A stretch of 64,000 nucleotides of DNA, from positions 60,760,001 to 60,824,000 of the forward strand of contig OY740791.1 of assembly GCA_963514005.1 (NCBI GenBank). Reading direction: 5' to 3'. Made by a program: the position numbers and the translations under genes. Below are positions 27,746-38,780 of the stretch, piece by piece. The notes under the pieces were generated by a model. That model ran no database searches. It had not been told where the DNA came from and was given only the letters and a program-made list of their open reading frames with translations. The DNA is from Raja brachyura. Taxonomy: Eukaryota. Position 1 is the stretch's first letter. Every line of letters starts with the position of its first letter.

Positions 27746-27831
27746 ATTGTCTGGAAGAGCTGCATGTATTGCTCATCACCACAACCACCTTCCACCGCAT
27801 GGTCCAACTTCAAGATAATCTCATCTTCAAA
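27746..27831 (-). CDS. DOCK2: DOCK2 coding exon (86 nt): [28 protein letters not shown](I)
   Basis: ttttaacag|TTT GAA GAT...ACA AT|gtaag; matches recalled DOCK2 [25 protein letters not shown]. Confidence 0.95.
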
Positions 27832-28699
27832 CTGTTAAAATAATCATTCATTATTTGGGATATCTGAGATAACAATGAATAAAGGAGCAGTACAGTATTT
27901 GTGTAAATATTATTTTGGAACAAGGAGTGGTAAACATTTCAATGGTACTAAAATAATTTCTCATTAACTCACTTATGTTTCATTGGTCTCAAAAAGACTT
28001 TAGCATTATTTTTCCAGCACTTCACAGCTGCTACTTTTGGATTTGTTCCCAGAGTTCATCAATTCAAGACCCTTTCTGCCTCTCTCAGGGAGCCTTAGCA
28101 AGATATCCCTGAGCTTCTGTCATGTTGATTAGCAGAAAACCCTTCAACGTCAAACACACATAACAGACCATATGTCCATACAGGCCTCATCCATTCAACA
28201 CCAACCTCTGTTCTCTTCTAGGCCCATTTCCAATTGATTCAAGCTTCCCCTTCCTCCCTGAGACCCAGATGCTGATTTGGCAGTAGAATGTTTACTTGGG
28301 TTCTTTAAATAATTTTTTTTGGATGTGGCCAGTGTTTATTGCTGATAACTGCCCCTGAGAAGGTGATGGGGAGTTGCTTTTCTGAACCAATTCAGAGAAT
28401 CTTCCTGAGTTGCTCTTGAGGAGAGATTTCTAGGATTTAGTACCAGTGAAGCTGAAGGATCGTCAACATATTTTCAAGGCCGGATGGTCTGCAAGTTGGA
28501 TAAATCGTGTAAGTGGAGTTTTTCCCACGTGGATATTTATCTAAAAAATTGAAAAGATCGGTCTGTGAAATATGACTAATTGCTGAGCTATTGCTGAAAA
28601 TAAAAAGGCCACTTCGTTCTTTCCATATTTTAGGATTTGTTGACCAATATATACATGGTCTAGTGGTTGTTACATTAAGTTGCCAGCAGCCACTGTCAT

Positions 28700-29160
28700 T
28701 TTAGTTTTAGCTTATATAGAGATACAGCACGGAGACAGGCCTGTTGGCTCTCTTAGTCTGGGCCAACCAGTGATTCTCATACACTAAAGGGCTTGTCCCA
28801 CTTGGGCGTCATTTGCACGACATAGTTTATGCGTCACGACGCACGATGTACGCATTACGCGCGCATGGTGCGTGGTGACGTAGGCAGTGATGGGCGGTCG
28901 CGCAAATGACGACCGAGTGGGACAGGCCCTTAACACTATCTGACACACTAGGGACAATTTACAATCTTTACTCAAGTCAATTGACCTACAAGTCTGTACG
29001 TCTTGGGAACATGGGAGGAAACTGGAGCGACCGAGGGAAACCCGAGCAGTCCCGGGGAGAATGTATAAACTCAGTACAGACTGCACCCGTAGTCTAGATC
29101 GAACTTGGCTCTCTGGTATTGCAAGACAGCAACTCTACCGCTGTGCCACCGTGCCGCCCC
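28700..29160 (-). mobile_element. HE1/V-SINE-like SINE carrying a MITE
   Basis: Reverse complement of the 1-300 SINE type; head GGGCGGCACGGTGGCACAGCGGTAGAG. Confidence 0.85.
28788..28930. mobile_element. 143-bp PIF/Harbinger-type MITE
   Basis: TIRs AGGGC[T/C]TGTCCCACT; TAA TSD; removing it restores the SINE sequence CACTAACACTATC. Confidence 0.88.
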
Positions 29161-29444
29161 ATCTGTATCATTGATACAGAATCATAAATTCAAATGGCAA
29201 TTGGAGAATTTAAAATTCAAGTAATTAAATAAATCTGTGGTGGGTGAGTGGGTGGTCTGGAATGTGGTGAAGACCCCTGCTATTTACACTAGGATTCTGT
29301 AAGTTCCTGAACTGGTGCCAAAGCCACTGTAAATGCACCTTCTCTATTTATGTACCCTTGTGCCAGCGATTCCCAGGCCAGTGAGAATCTTGCATCCTTT
29401 CAAAGGGGTTTTGAAAACATCCTTAAACCTTTTTCTCAGTTTCA

Positions 29445-29865
29445 CATGATGAGCGTTTGATGGCACTGGGCACTGTACTCGCTGAAGTTTAGAAGAATTA
29501 GGGGGGGACCTCATTGAAACGTACACATAGTGCGGATGTGGAGAGGATGTTTCCACAGGTGGGAGAGTCCAGGACTAGAGGACATAGCATCAGAATTAAA
29601 GGATGTTCTTTTAGGGAGGAATTGAGGAGGAATTTCTTTAGTAAGACGGTGGTGAATCTGTGGAATTCTTTGCCACATAAGTCTGTGGAGGCCAAGTCAA
29701 TGGATATTTTTAGGCAGAGATAGATAGATTCTTGATTAGTACGGGTGTCAGGGGTTATAGGGAGAAGGCAGGAGAATGGGGTTAGGAGGGAGAGATAGAT
29801 CAGCCATGAATGAATGGCGGAGACTTGATGGGCCAAATGGCCTAATTCTTCTCCTATCACTTATC
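29445..29865 (+). mobile_element. CR1 LINE 3' end
   Basis: ORF 29514..29723 ESRTRGHSIRIKG...VVNLWNSLP. Confidence 0.85.
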
Positions 29866-30454
29866 ACTCTGATCTTTCACCTGCTAGTCTCTTGTCATGA
29901 TAGAGATCAGAATGAGTTTTGTGCCTTAATCTTTGATGTATTAATCTTTGAACAGTTTCTTCTTCAGGGTGCCAGAAATCTTGCTGGAGCGCAGAAAATA
30001 ATGGTGAATTTCATCATCAAAGTCCACCATCATTAAGAGGCGACTCCAGACACGTGGGAGTAGTCCAGGTCCCCATTGCAAACTATTTTTGTTGAAAGTG
30101 GTGTTGTCACAGGTACACATGGTAAAGGACCTTTGTTTGCAGAAAAGTCATGCAAGGCTAATCCTCCACCAAACATCAGTGAACAAGCTGGCAATGCTGA
30201 GCACATGGAAGTGCAGGTGCTATTGGCCGCACTCTTCTTCTTTGGCAGTCCCTCAGTATCAAGGGAGACTTGAGTAAGATGGGTTCTGAAGTGACAGATG
30301 AGGCCAATGCGGGAGTGACGATCCCTTCTATACAGATAAATCAAGAAGTACCTGATGAGACACTGTGCGGAAAATAGAGTGCAGCTCAAAAATTGGCCAT
30401 GGTTCAGGAGTGGGGATGATGCAAGGTAAACAATTCTCCATTAGTCCTTTTATC

Positions 30455-30750
30455 AGTTTAGTTTAGACATGCATCGCAGAAACAGGCCCTTCTGCCCAGA
30501 GTCCACACCGACCAGCAATTCCAGCACATTAACACTATCCTACACACATTTACATTTATACGAAGCCAATTAACCTGTATGTCTTTAGAGTGTGGGAGGA
30601 AACCGAAGATCTCGGAGAAAACCAACGTGATCAGGAGGAGAACGTACAAACTCAGACAGACAGCACCCAAATTCGGGATCAAACCCGGTTCTCTGGCACT
30701 GGAAGCGCTGTAAGGCAGCAACTCTACCATTGTGCTGCCGTGCCACCCGT
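30455..30750 (-). mobile_element. HE1/V-SINE-like SINE
   Basis: Full head, core and tail on the minus strand. Confidence 0.85.
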
Positions 30751-31922
30751 TAGAGGGTATAAATTGCTTTGCTCCAGCAAGAAACTGGTTGGAGGGGAGG
30801 TGCAAATTTGTAGGGAGAAAGATTGAGAAACATGTTGGTGGGATTGCACTGTTTTTACAATGGGAGCACTCCTCAACTGACAGGACACCTTTTAATATTG
30901 AAACACCTGTGGCTGGGCCATAGGGTTCTGAGCAGAACAATCCAGGCACACAAATATACCTCTTTTATTAAGCTTTTTGAGAAATGACACCCTGGATAAA
31001 CAAACATTCCAAATATTGATTGACAGAACAAATATGTTAAGTGACATGATGACTATTTAATTCCATCCCTGATCCGAACCTGGCAGTTTCAATATTGGAT
31101 GATTCAAATAAATATCCGTCAATTGTTTTGCCGTGTAGGATTTGTAATCGTGCAAGACCAAAATGCCCCAAGCCCTATGGTTGTTTTTCAAAGTCCTTAC
31201 AGTATCAAGTTTGTTTGAAGACTCATTCCTGTTTGATTTAACTGTCTGCTATCCCAATCCCATAACTTCTGAAAGATGCCCCATTCCCAACAGTCCCTAA
31301 TATCCTACATGTGACTTTAGGCCAGATTCCTAACTGGTTGCTTATTTCAGGAGCAGTTCATTCATTCATTCATTCATTCATTCATGCATTCATTCATTCA
31401 GTTAATGATGGACAATAAGTGTTAGCATTGCTCACATCCATCAAGTAAATAAATACAAAATACATCCCCACTCAGTCCCTTTAAGTAAGATAATCGCATT
31501 AGTGCATTGAACTCTCCCTCCAAACTTCCATCCATTGATTGCAGCAAAATGAATCTCAGAGATAGAAGATAATGCATCAATATCACCGTGCAACATGTTT
31601 TTTTTAGGCTAGCAATTATGCAACTTCCTCTGTTCAAACAAAACTCATTCAATAAGTGTTCAATAGAGTGCAGTAACATCCATCATTATATCTAACGTCC
31701 ATGAGCACCAGCAATTTTGAGCTCATCCCATTCGAATTGTGATCACCATCCTTACTGGGCAATTATCACGCAACATTGCTCCATCTATTTCCCCAAACAC
31801 CACCCCCACCTCCGTCTCACAGATTCTGTTTCACAGGCAGAACTGTCTTGTGAGTTTTAAATCCCCCTGGGCTTGCCGTCATGAAAAGATTTGTGCACGA
31901 TTGATCATCTTCCCCTACATAC

Positions 31923-32071
31923 CTTTCTGAAGTTATTGAACACAGTGCACTCGCACAGCATCATGTCAAAGAAGATCGGAATAGTAGCCTTGCGAAGTTC
32001 CACCTCTGGAATCAGGGTCATTTCTAGGATTGGGCCGACCATCTCTGGGATGAAGTGGATTTTGTTCTGTG
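31923..32071 (-). CDS. DOCK2: DOCK2 coding exon (149 nt): (A)[49 protein letters not shown]
   Basis: aagcag|CA CAG AAC...AGA AAG|gtatgt; contains the DOCK-A motif [27 protein letters not shown]. Confidence 0.96.
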
Positions 32072-32392
32072 CTGCTTTTCAACATGAACATGAAAACTGA
32101 TTAGTGAAGTGGGTGTCTGGAAATATTCCTTGCTGCAAACCTGACTTTAGAGAGCAAAGGAGGGCAGATGCAGGAAATTTGAAATGATGAACAAACAGCA
32201 AGCACTAAACACTTTCACAGGTCAAGCAGTATTCGTGGAGAGAAACACACCCTGAATATTTGCTGATTTTTTTATTCTTAACTGTTTTCCTCGTGTACTA
32301 TTGGAACAAATTTGAATTGCTTTGTCTATTATCTTTACTCATAATTTCCTACCCTCCTCTACTATATACTACCCGCCTCATCCTCTGGGTGT

Positions 32393-32685
32393 TTAGTTTA
32401 AGATACAGCATGGAAACAGGCGCTTCAGCCCATCGAGTCCTTGCTGATCAGCACACTAGCACCATCCTACACACTAGGGACAATTTACAATATTACTGAA
32501 GCCAATTAACCTACAAACCTGTACGTCTTTGGAGCATGGGAGGAAACTGGAACACATGGAGAGAACCCACGCAGTCACAGGGAAAACATACAAACTCTGT
32601 ACAGACGGCACCCACAATCAGGTTCAAACCCTGGACTCAGGCACTGAAAGGCAGCAACTCTACCACTGTGCCACTGTGCTGCCAG
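32393..32685 (-). mobile_element. HE1/V-SINE-like SINE
   Basis: Same consensus; lies between two copies of a ~95-bp duplicated segment. Confidence 0.85.
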
Positions 32686-33896
32686 TGTGTGCAGTGTTTT
32701 TTTGTTTTTTAATCAGTGTACTATTGGAACTAATGTGAATTGTTGCTTCTATAATCATTATTCCTAATTTCCTACCCTCCTCTCCTAGAGCCTCATTGCT
32801 TGGGTGTTATTGATTAATGTTACCTAGCCTTGAAGACAAAGTTTCAAGTATGATTTGACTCATATTCATTGAGGGAAGCCTACAGCAAACATTCCTATCC
32901 TCCTGACATCCGCTCAAGGATGCTTCCTGGAACGATAACTAGCTCGCAGATGGAACAGAAAATGGCCAGGCTGGTGAGGAGTGCTAAGTACCTCAGCCCC
33001 AAACGTTCAGAGATAAGGATTCTAATTGAGTTTTTATTCCTTTCTTGCTCAATGGCCGTCTGGCCATATTGAACGTGCCCTGGCTCAGAATAATGTGCGT
33101 GGGACCGAAGCAGGCACCTGAATGGTAATTATAAACACTGTGACACGCTGGATAAAGCACTCCTGCGGATGGACCTACAAACTACAATCAATGTGCGTTA
33201 ACAATGAATGACCACTAAAAAGCCACAGGACATCTCGCTAGGAAATTATGTCAATCCTTCCGAGCACAGAAATGCAGAAACCCAATGAATATTTAATTTA
33301 GGGGTCTCATGCATAGGAACATGACATGATTTGAGAATTAAGGGACAGAAGTTTTGGGGTAACATGAGGGGGAACTTCTTCACTCAGAGAATGGTAGCTG
33401 TGTGGAATGAGCTTCCAGTGGAAGCAGTGGAGGTAGGTTTGATTTTATCATTTAAAAATAAATTGGATAGGTATATGGACGGGAAAGGAATGGAGGGTTA
33501 TGGTCTGAGTGCAGGTAGATGGGACTAGGTGAGAGTAAGAGTTCGGCATGGACTAGAAGGGCCGAGATGGCCTGTTTCCGTGCTGTAATTGTTATATGGT
33601 TATATGCTGCTCAATCATATAGCAGAGGGGAGTCATGTGTCGTAGATCAGATCAGACCCATGTTGCCATGAGTTGTAAATCAGACTTTCCCAGACTTTGT
33701 GCACAGATCGGACTTCTAGAAAGTGCAGAGGAAAGGAGGAACAACTTGGAATTTGTATCGAAGTGCAGGGGTGAAGTGCGATGATATTCGTACCAAGTTC
33801 TTCATTTTGCTGAACAATTGTTTACTGATTGAAGATGTATTGGGAGTTGAACAGGGCCACTGCATTAGAATTTCTGGGCTACAACATTTCACTCAC

Positions 33897-33955
33897 CAAG
33901 CTTGTACCACATATCACGAATATCAAACCCAATCTGACGCCTCATGTCTCCGTAC
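33897..33955 (-). CDS. DOCK2: DOCK2 coding exon (59 nt): YGDMRRQIGFDIRDMWYKL
   Basis: ttttcag|G TAC GGA GAC ATG...AAG CTT G|gtgagt; phase 2 in, phase 1 out, consistent with both neighbours. Confidence 0.95.
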
Positions 33956-34467
33956 CTGAAAAAAAAAGAGCATTATTGCAAAACAGACAAAATGTGTAAA
34001 TAATCTGTATTTCTCCACTTTGTCTTGTAATCATTAATGTTTCCCTGACATGTCTTTGACTCAAATATGGTGCCAAAACCTGGAGACGTGTATATTGCCT
34101 CAATGGACTATTTCTATATACTGCGGACTTAATCTAGGATTATGCTTATGTATAATAATAATTGACTGAAATGTTTGCAGAAAAATAATTTCACTGTACC
34201 TCGATACAAGCAATAATAAAGAACCATTGAACATTGGGAGGAAATGCTACAGAACAACTCATGGGAAAAGTTAGCCAGTTACCCGATAGTGCCACTGATT
34301 TATTTTCCATTATCCATAGATAAATGTGAAAGAAACCGACTGATTTTCAAGATAAAGGATCATCCATTTAGATCTGAGAGAAAGTGAATTGGTGTTTGTC
34401 CTTAGAATTTTCTGTTCTAGATATCTAATCAATGCAGAGCATTTGAGTAAATTCCAGATTAGACTGA

Positions 34468-34689
34468 AGGTAGGCACAAGATGCTGGAGTAACTCAGCGG
34501 GTGAGGCAGCATCTCTGGAGAGAAGCAATGGGCGACGTTTCGGGTCAATACCCTTCTTGAGACTCAAAGAGGGTCTCGACGCGAATCGTCGCCCATTCCT
34601 TCTCTCCAGAGATGCTGCCTCACCTGCTGAGTTACTGCAGCATCTTGTGTCTACCTTCGATTTAAACCAGCATCTGCAGTTCTTTCTTA
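34468..34689. mobile_element. Penelope-associated fold-back element
   Basis: ~90-bp imperfect inverted arms plus ~31-nt tail; perfect 14-bp TSD CCAGATTAGACTGA (34454-34467, 34690-34703). Confidence 0.85.
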
Positions 34690-34734
34690 CCAGATTAGAC
34701 TGACATATTTTTGAACAAATAGGGTCAGAAGATT

Positions 34735-35030
34735 TAGTTGTTTAGATACGGCACGGAAACAGGCCCTTCGGCCCATCGAGTCCTTACCAACCAGCGATCC
34801 CCGCACACTTACAATGCTCTACATACACTAGGGACAATTTTACATTTATACCAAGCCAATTAACCCGCAAACCAGTAGGTCTTTGTAGTGTGAGAGGAAA
34901 CTGAAGATCTCGGATAAAGCCCAAGCAGGTCACGGGGAGAACGTCCATACAGACAGCACCTGTAGTCAGGATCGAACCCGGGTCTCTGGCGCCGTAAAGC
35001 GTTAGCTCTACCGCTACGCCACCACGCCAT
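34735..35030 (-). mobile_element. HE1/V-SINE-like SINE
   Basis: Close to the window's SINE consensus. Confidence 0.85.
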
Positions 35031-36149
35031 CCAAGATGGAGGATTCAGATGGAAAAGTAGATGCAAAGTTCATGTCCACTCCTGCTCCTATTTCACATCC
35101 TTCTCATACATAATTGCCTTCACCTCAGCTAGTAGAGGTCCTCAATTTACCAGTAGAAATGATGTTCCAAATAAGGTCACTGCTGGGGTTTGAAAAGTGA
35201 ACGCAACAGCCCTTGAAAGAGATGCAAAGATTGAGATGCCCCAATAGCCTAGGGCCACAGAGGCACTAGCATAGAAAATGGCCATTCAGCCCACCATGTC
35301 CATGTTGACCATCAAGTACCTAACTGCACTATTCACATTTACCTGGACCTGGCTCTGTTGCCTTTAATTTAGCATCTCGGTGCTCTTTCAGGTGGTTGCG
35401 AATCATAGCATCATGCAGCATAAAACAAGCCTATATCACCCATGATCCCAATCTTTGCGATCCCATTTGCTTACATTATGTTCATATCATATTTTTTGCC
35501 TGTCTAAATATCTGTCCATTTGTCTATTAAATGTTGTCATTGGATCTGCTCCTACCATTTTCTCTGGCAGATAATCACCTGCCTCTGAGTGTAACTTACC
35601 CCTTAGAGCTTCTTTACATTCCTCCTCCCTCACCTCTAGATCTGGAGTCCCTGCCCTGGGAAAAGCTTCCGACTATCTATAACATCATGTGAATTGAGGC
35701 AGGTGTAATAACAACATTTAGGATACATTTGGACAGGTACATGGAGAGGAGATATTTTTCAATGGATATGGGCCAAATGCAGGCAAATGGATCAGTTTAG
35801 CTGAAGCATCTTGGTTGGTATGGACGAGCTGAGCCCAAGGGCCTGTTTCTGTGCTGTCTGCCTCTATGACTATCTATCCTTGTGAGAGTACATGCCTCCA
35901 CCACCCCCTAAGGCAGTGTTTCAGGTATTAATCACCCAGTGGATGAAAACTTGCATCCTCTGATCCCCTCTAAACCTCCTCTCTCTACTGTACACTCATG
36001 CTGTCTGATACCGTTGCCACGTGAAGACCTTTCAACTATCTTCCCTATTAAAACTCCTCACCGTGTTGTATATATCTATCAGGTTGCCTCTCAGCCACCT
36101 CTGCTGTGTGGTAAATGAATACTCGGTCAGACTCAGACTCAGTCAGCCT

Positions 36150-37000
36150 ACCACAATAAAATTTGCCGACGACACCACGGTGGTAGGACTGATCAGCGAC
36201 AACGACGAGTCAGCCTACAGGGAGGAGGTCCAGCACCTGACAACCTGGTGTGGCAACAATAACCTCGTTCTCAACTCCCAGAAGACGAAGGAAATCATTG
36301 TTGACTTTAGAAAGAACAGAGGGGGCAGACACACCCCCATCCATATAAACGGGACTGAGGTGGAGCGGGTCTCCAACTACAAATTCCTCGGGGTACACAT
36401 CTCGGAGGATCTGCCCTGGTCCCTCAACGCCTCCAAGCTGATCAAAAAGGCGCAGCGTCTTTACTTCCTGAGGAGGCTCAAAAAAGCCCACCTGTCCCCC
36501 CAGATCCTGACCAACTTTTACCGCTGTACCATCGAAAGCATCCTGACCACCTGCTTTTCGGTACGGTACAGCAGTTGCACCGTGGCAGACAGGAAGGCAC
36601 TACAACGGGTGGTGAAAACCGCCCAGTACATCATCGGTGCCCCGCTCCCTGCCATGGATGCCCTCCACCGAAAACAGTGTCTGAGACGGGCCGGGAAGAT
36701 CATCAAAGACCCCTCCCACCCTAACCATGGACTGTTTGCCCTCCTACCATCAGGGAGGTGGTACAGGAGCCTCAGGTCCCGCACTAGTAGGATGAGGAAC
36801 AGCTTCTACAATAACACCATCACACTGCTGAACTCGGAGTCCCGCCGATAGATTTCTCCAGTCTCTCTCCGTCCACATTGTCTGCATTCTGTACTTATTT
36901 CTATATTGCTATTACTACGAACTGACGCTAAACTGCATTTCGTTGTACCCATACTTGTATCTGTGCAATTACATTAAAGTTGAATTGAATTGAATTGAAC
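36150..37000 (+). mobile_element. Young 5'-truncated Rex1/Babar LINE (RT C-terminus)
   Basis: Open frame IKFADDTTVVGLISDNDESAYREEV...KTKEIIVDFRK...LLPSGRWYRS; CpG-rich; (TTGAA)n tail. Confidence 0.92.
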
Positions 37001-37069
37001 TCTCTTCCTACCAAAAACACACCATCCCCGGCAACATCTGTTGAATCTTCTCGGCACCCTCTCCAGTGT

Positions 37070-37430
37070 TGTCATAAGGTCATAAGTGATAGGAATAGAC
37101 TTAGTCCATTCGGCCCATCAAGTGTACTCTGACATTCAATCATGGCTGATCCATCTCTCCCTCCTAACCCAATTCTCCTGCCTTCACCCCATAACCCCTG
37201 GCACCCGTACTAATCAAGAATCTATCTATCTCTGCCTTACAAATATCCACTGACTTTGCCGCCACAGCCTTATGTGGAAAATAATTCCACAGATTAACCA
37301 CCCTCTGACTAAAGAAATTCCTCCTCATCTCCTTCCTCAAAGAACATCTTCTAATTCTGAAGTTATGACCTCTAGTCCTAGACTCTCCCACTAGTGGAAA
37401 CATCCTCTCTACATCCACTCCATCCAATGT
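37070..37430 (-). mobile_element. CR1 LINE 3' end
   Basis: ORF 37164..37433. Confidence 0.85.
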
Positions 37431-37600
37431 CACATCCTTCCTACAGTGTGGTGATCCGAACTGTACTCATTACAGCAGCTGTGGGAAAACCAATGTTTTA
37501 TAAAGTGGTACCATAAACTCCCTGATGTTATTCTCTATTCATCACGCTAATGAAATAACAACTTTGTGGGTGGCACGGTAATGATAAAGCTACTGCCATA

Positions 37601-37815
37601 AGGGCCTGTCCCATTTTCATGACCTAATTCACGACCTCTGCCGAGTTTGCCCTTGACTCATAGGTAGGTAGGTAGGTAGGTAGGTCATAGCGGGCCGTGA
37701 TGCTAGTCGTAGGTACTCGTGGCATCAAGTAGGTCGGGGCATTTTTCTAGCGTGATGAAAAATGTCCATGAGTAAAAAAGGTCGTGAATTAGGTCATGAA
37801 AATGGGACAGGCCCT
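37601..37815. mobile_element. PIF/Harbinger-type MITE inside the head of a SINE (~37570-38095, +)
   Basis: Perfect 37-bp TIRs AGGGCCTGTCCCATTTTCATGACCTAATTCACGACCT; internal (TAGG)n. Confidence 0.88.
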
Positions 37816-38562
37816 CTACAGGGCCAGAAATCCGGGTTTGATCCTGACTATGGATGCTGTCTGTACCCGTCTGTACGTTCTTCCAATGACCTGTATGGGC
37901 TTTCTCAGAGATCTTCGGTTTCCTCCCACGCTCCAAAGATGTACAGGTTTTTGGTTTAACAGGCTTGGTATAAAAAAGGTTAAATTGTCCCTAGTGTATG
38001 TAGGGCAGTGTTAATGTGCGGGGATCGCAGTTGGTGCGGACTCGATGGGCCGAAGGGTCTGTTTCTATATTGTATCTTTAAACTAAACTAAACAAAAACT
38101 ATCCCATATGATTTTTTCAACGTCTTATCTACCCATGCTGCCACCTTCAAGCATGAACTTGTACACTGCGGTCCCCCTGTTCTTCCACACTAACTGACAC
38201 CCTATGATTCCTTTTGTAACCTGTTCTAAACATTCTGCATCAGCAAGCTGGCCGCGGAAACCAGTGGCATGCTGAACTAAACTGCAGCACTCCCAAAGAT
38301 GGTAACTGTGGCCAGACCAAAGTGCCAACGTTCATGTGAAAGATTAATTTGACATTGTGGAACTGCATGACATGGGGTAGAATAGATGCCAAGGTTTCAG
38401 ATATCTCACTGGAGATCTCCTGGTTCTGCATAGGCCAGGAAATCCTGCAAGGCAGCTACAGATAATCATGGAGGTTAATGCCAGAATCAAGTCTTGTGGC
38501 TTGATCTTCAGAAGTTCAATGAATATACAGGAGTGATTAAGGGCAGTCTATGAACTATTAAA

Positions 38563-38780
38563 GGGTTACACAAAAAGCTGGAGAAACTCAGCGGGTGCAG
38601 CAGCATCTAAGGAGCGAAGGAGATAGGCGACGTTTCGGGTCGAGACCCTTCTTCTGAAGAAGGGTCTCGACCCGAAACGTCGCCTATCTCCTTCGCTCCT
38701 TAGATGCTGCTGCACCCGCTGAGTTTCTCCAGCTTTTTGTGTAACCCTCGATTCTCCAGCATCTGCAGTTCCTTCTTTAA
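38563..38780. mobile_element. Penelope-associated perfect fold-back element
   Basis: 93-bp perfect inverted arms (38562-38654, 38656-38748), 1-nt spacer, 32-nt tail; TSD CTATGAACTATTAAA (38548-38562, 38781-38795). Confidence 0.9.

Noticed and set aside
36021-36851. 276-aa ORF as a functional reverse transcriptase gene
   Set aside because: 5'-truncated Rex1; most of the RT and the endonuclease are absent, and the N-terminus comes from flanking repeat
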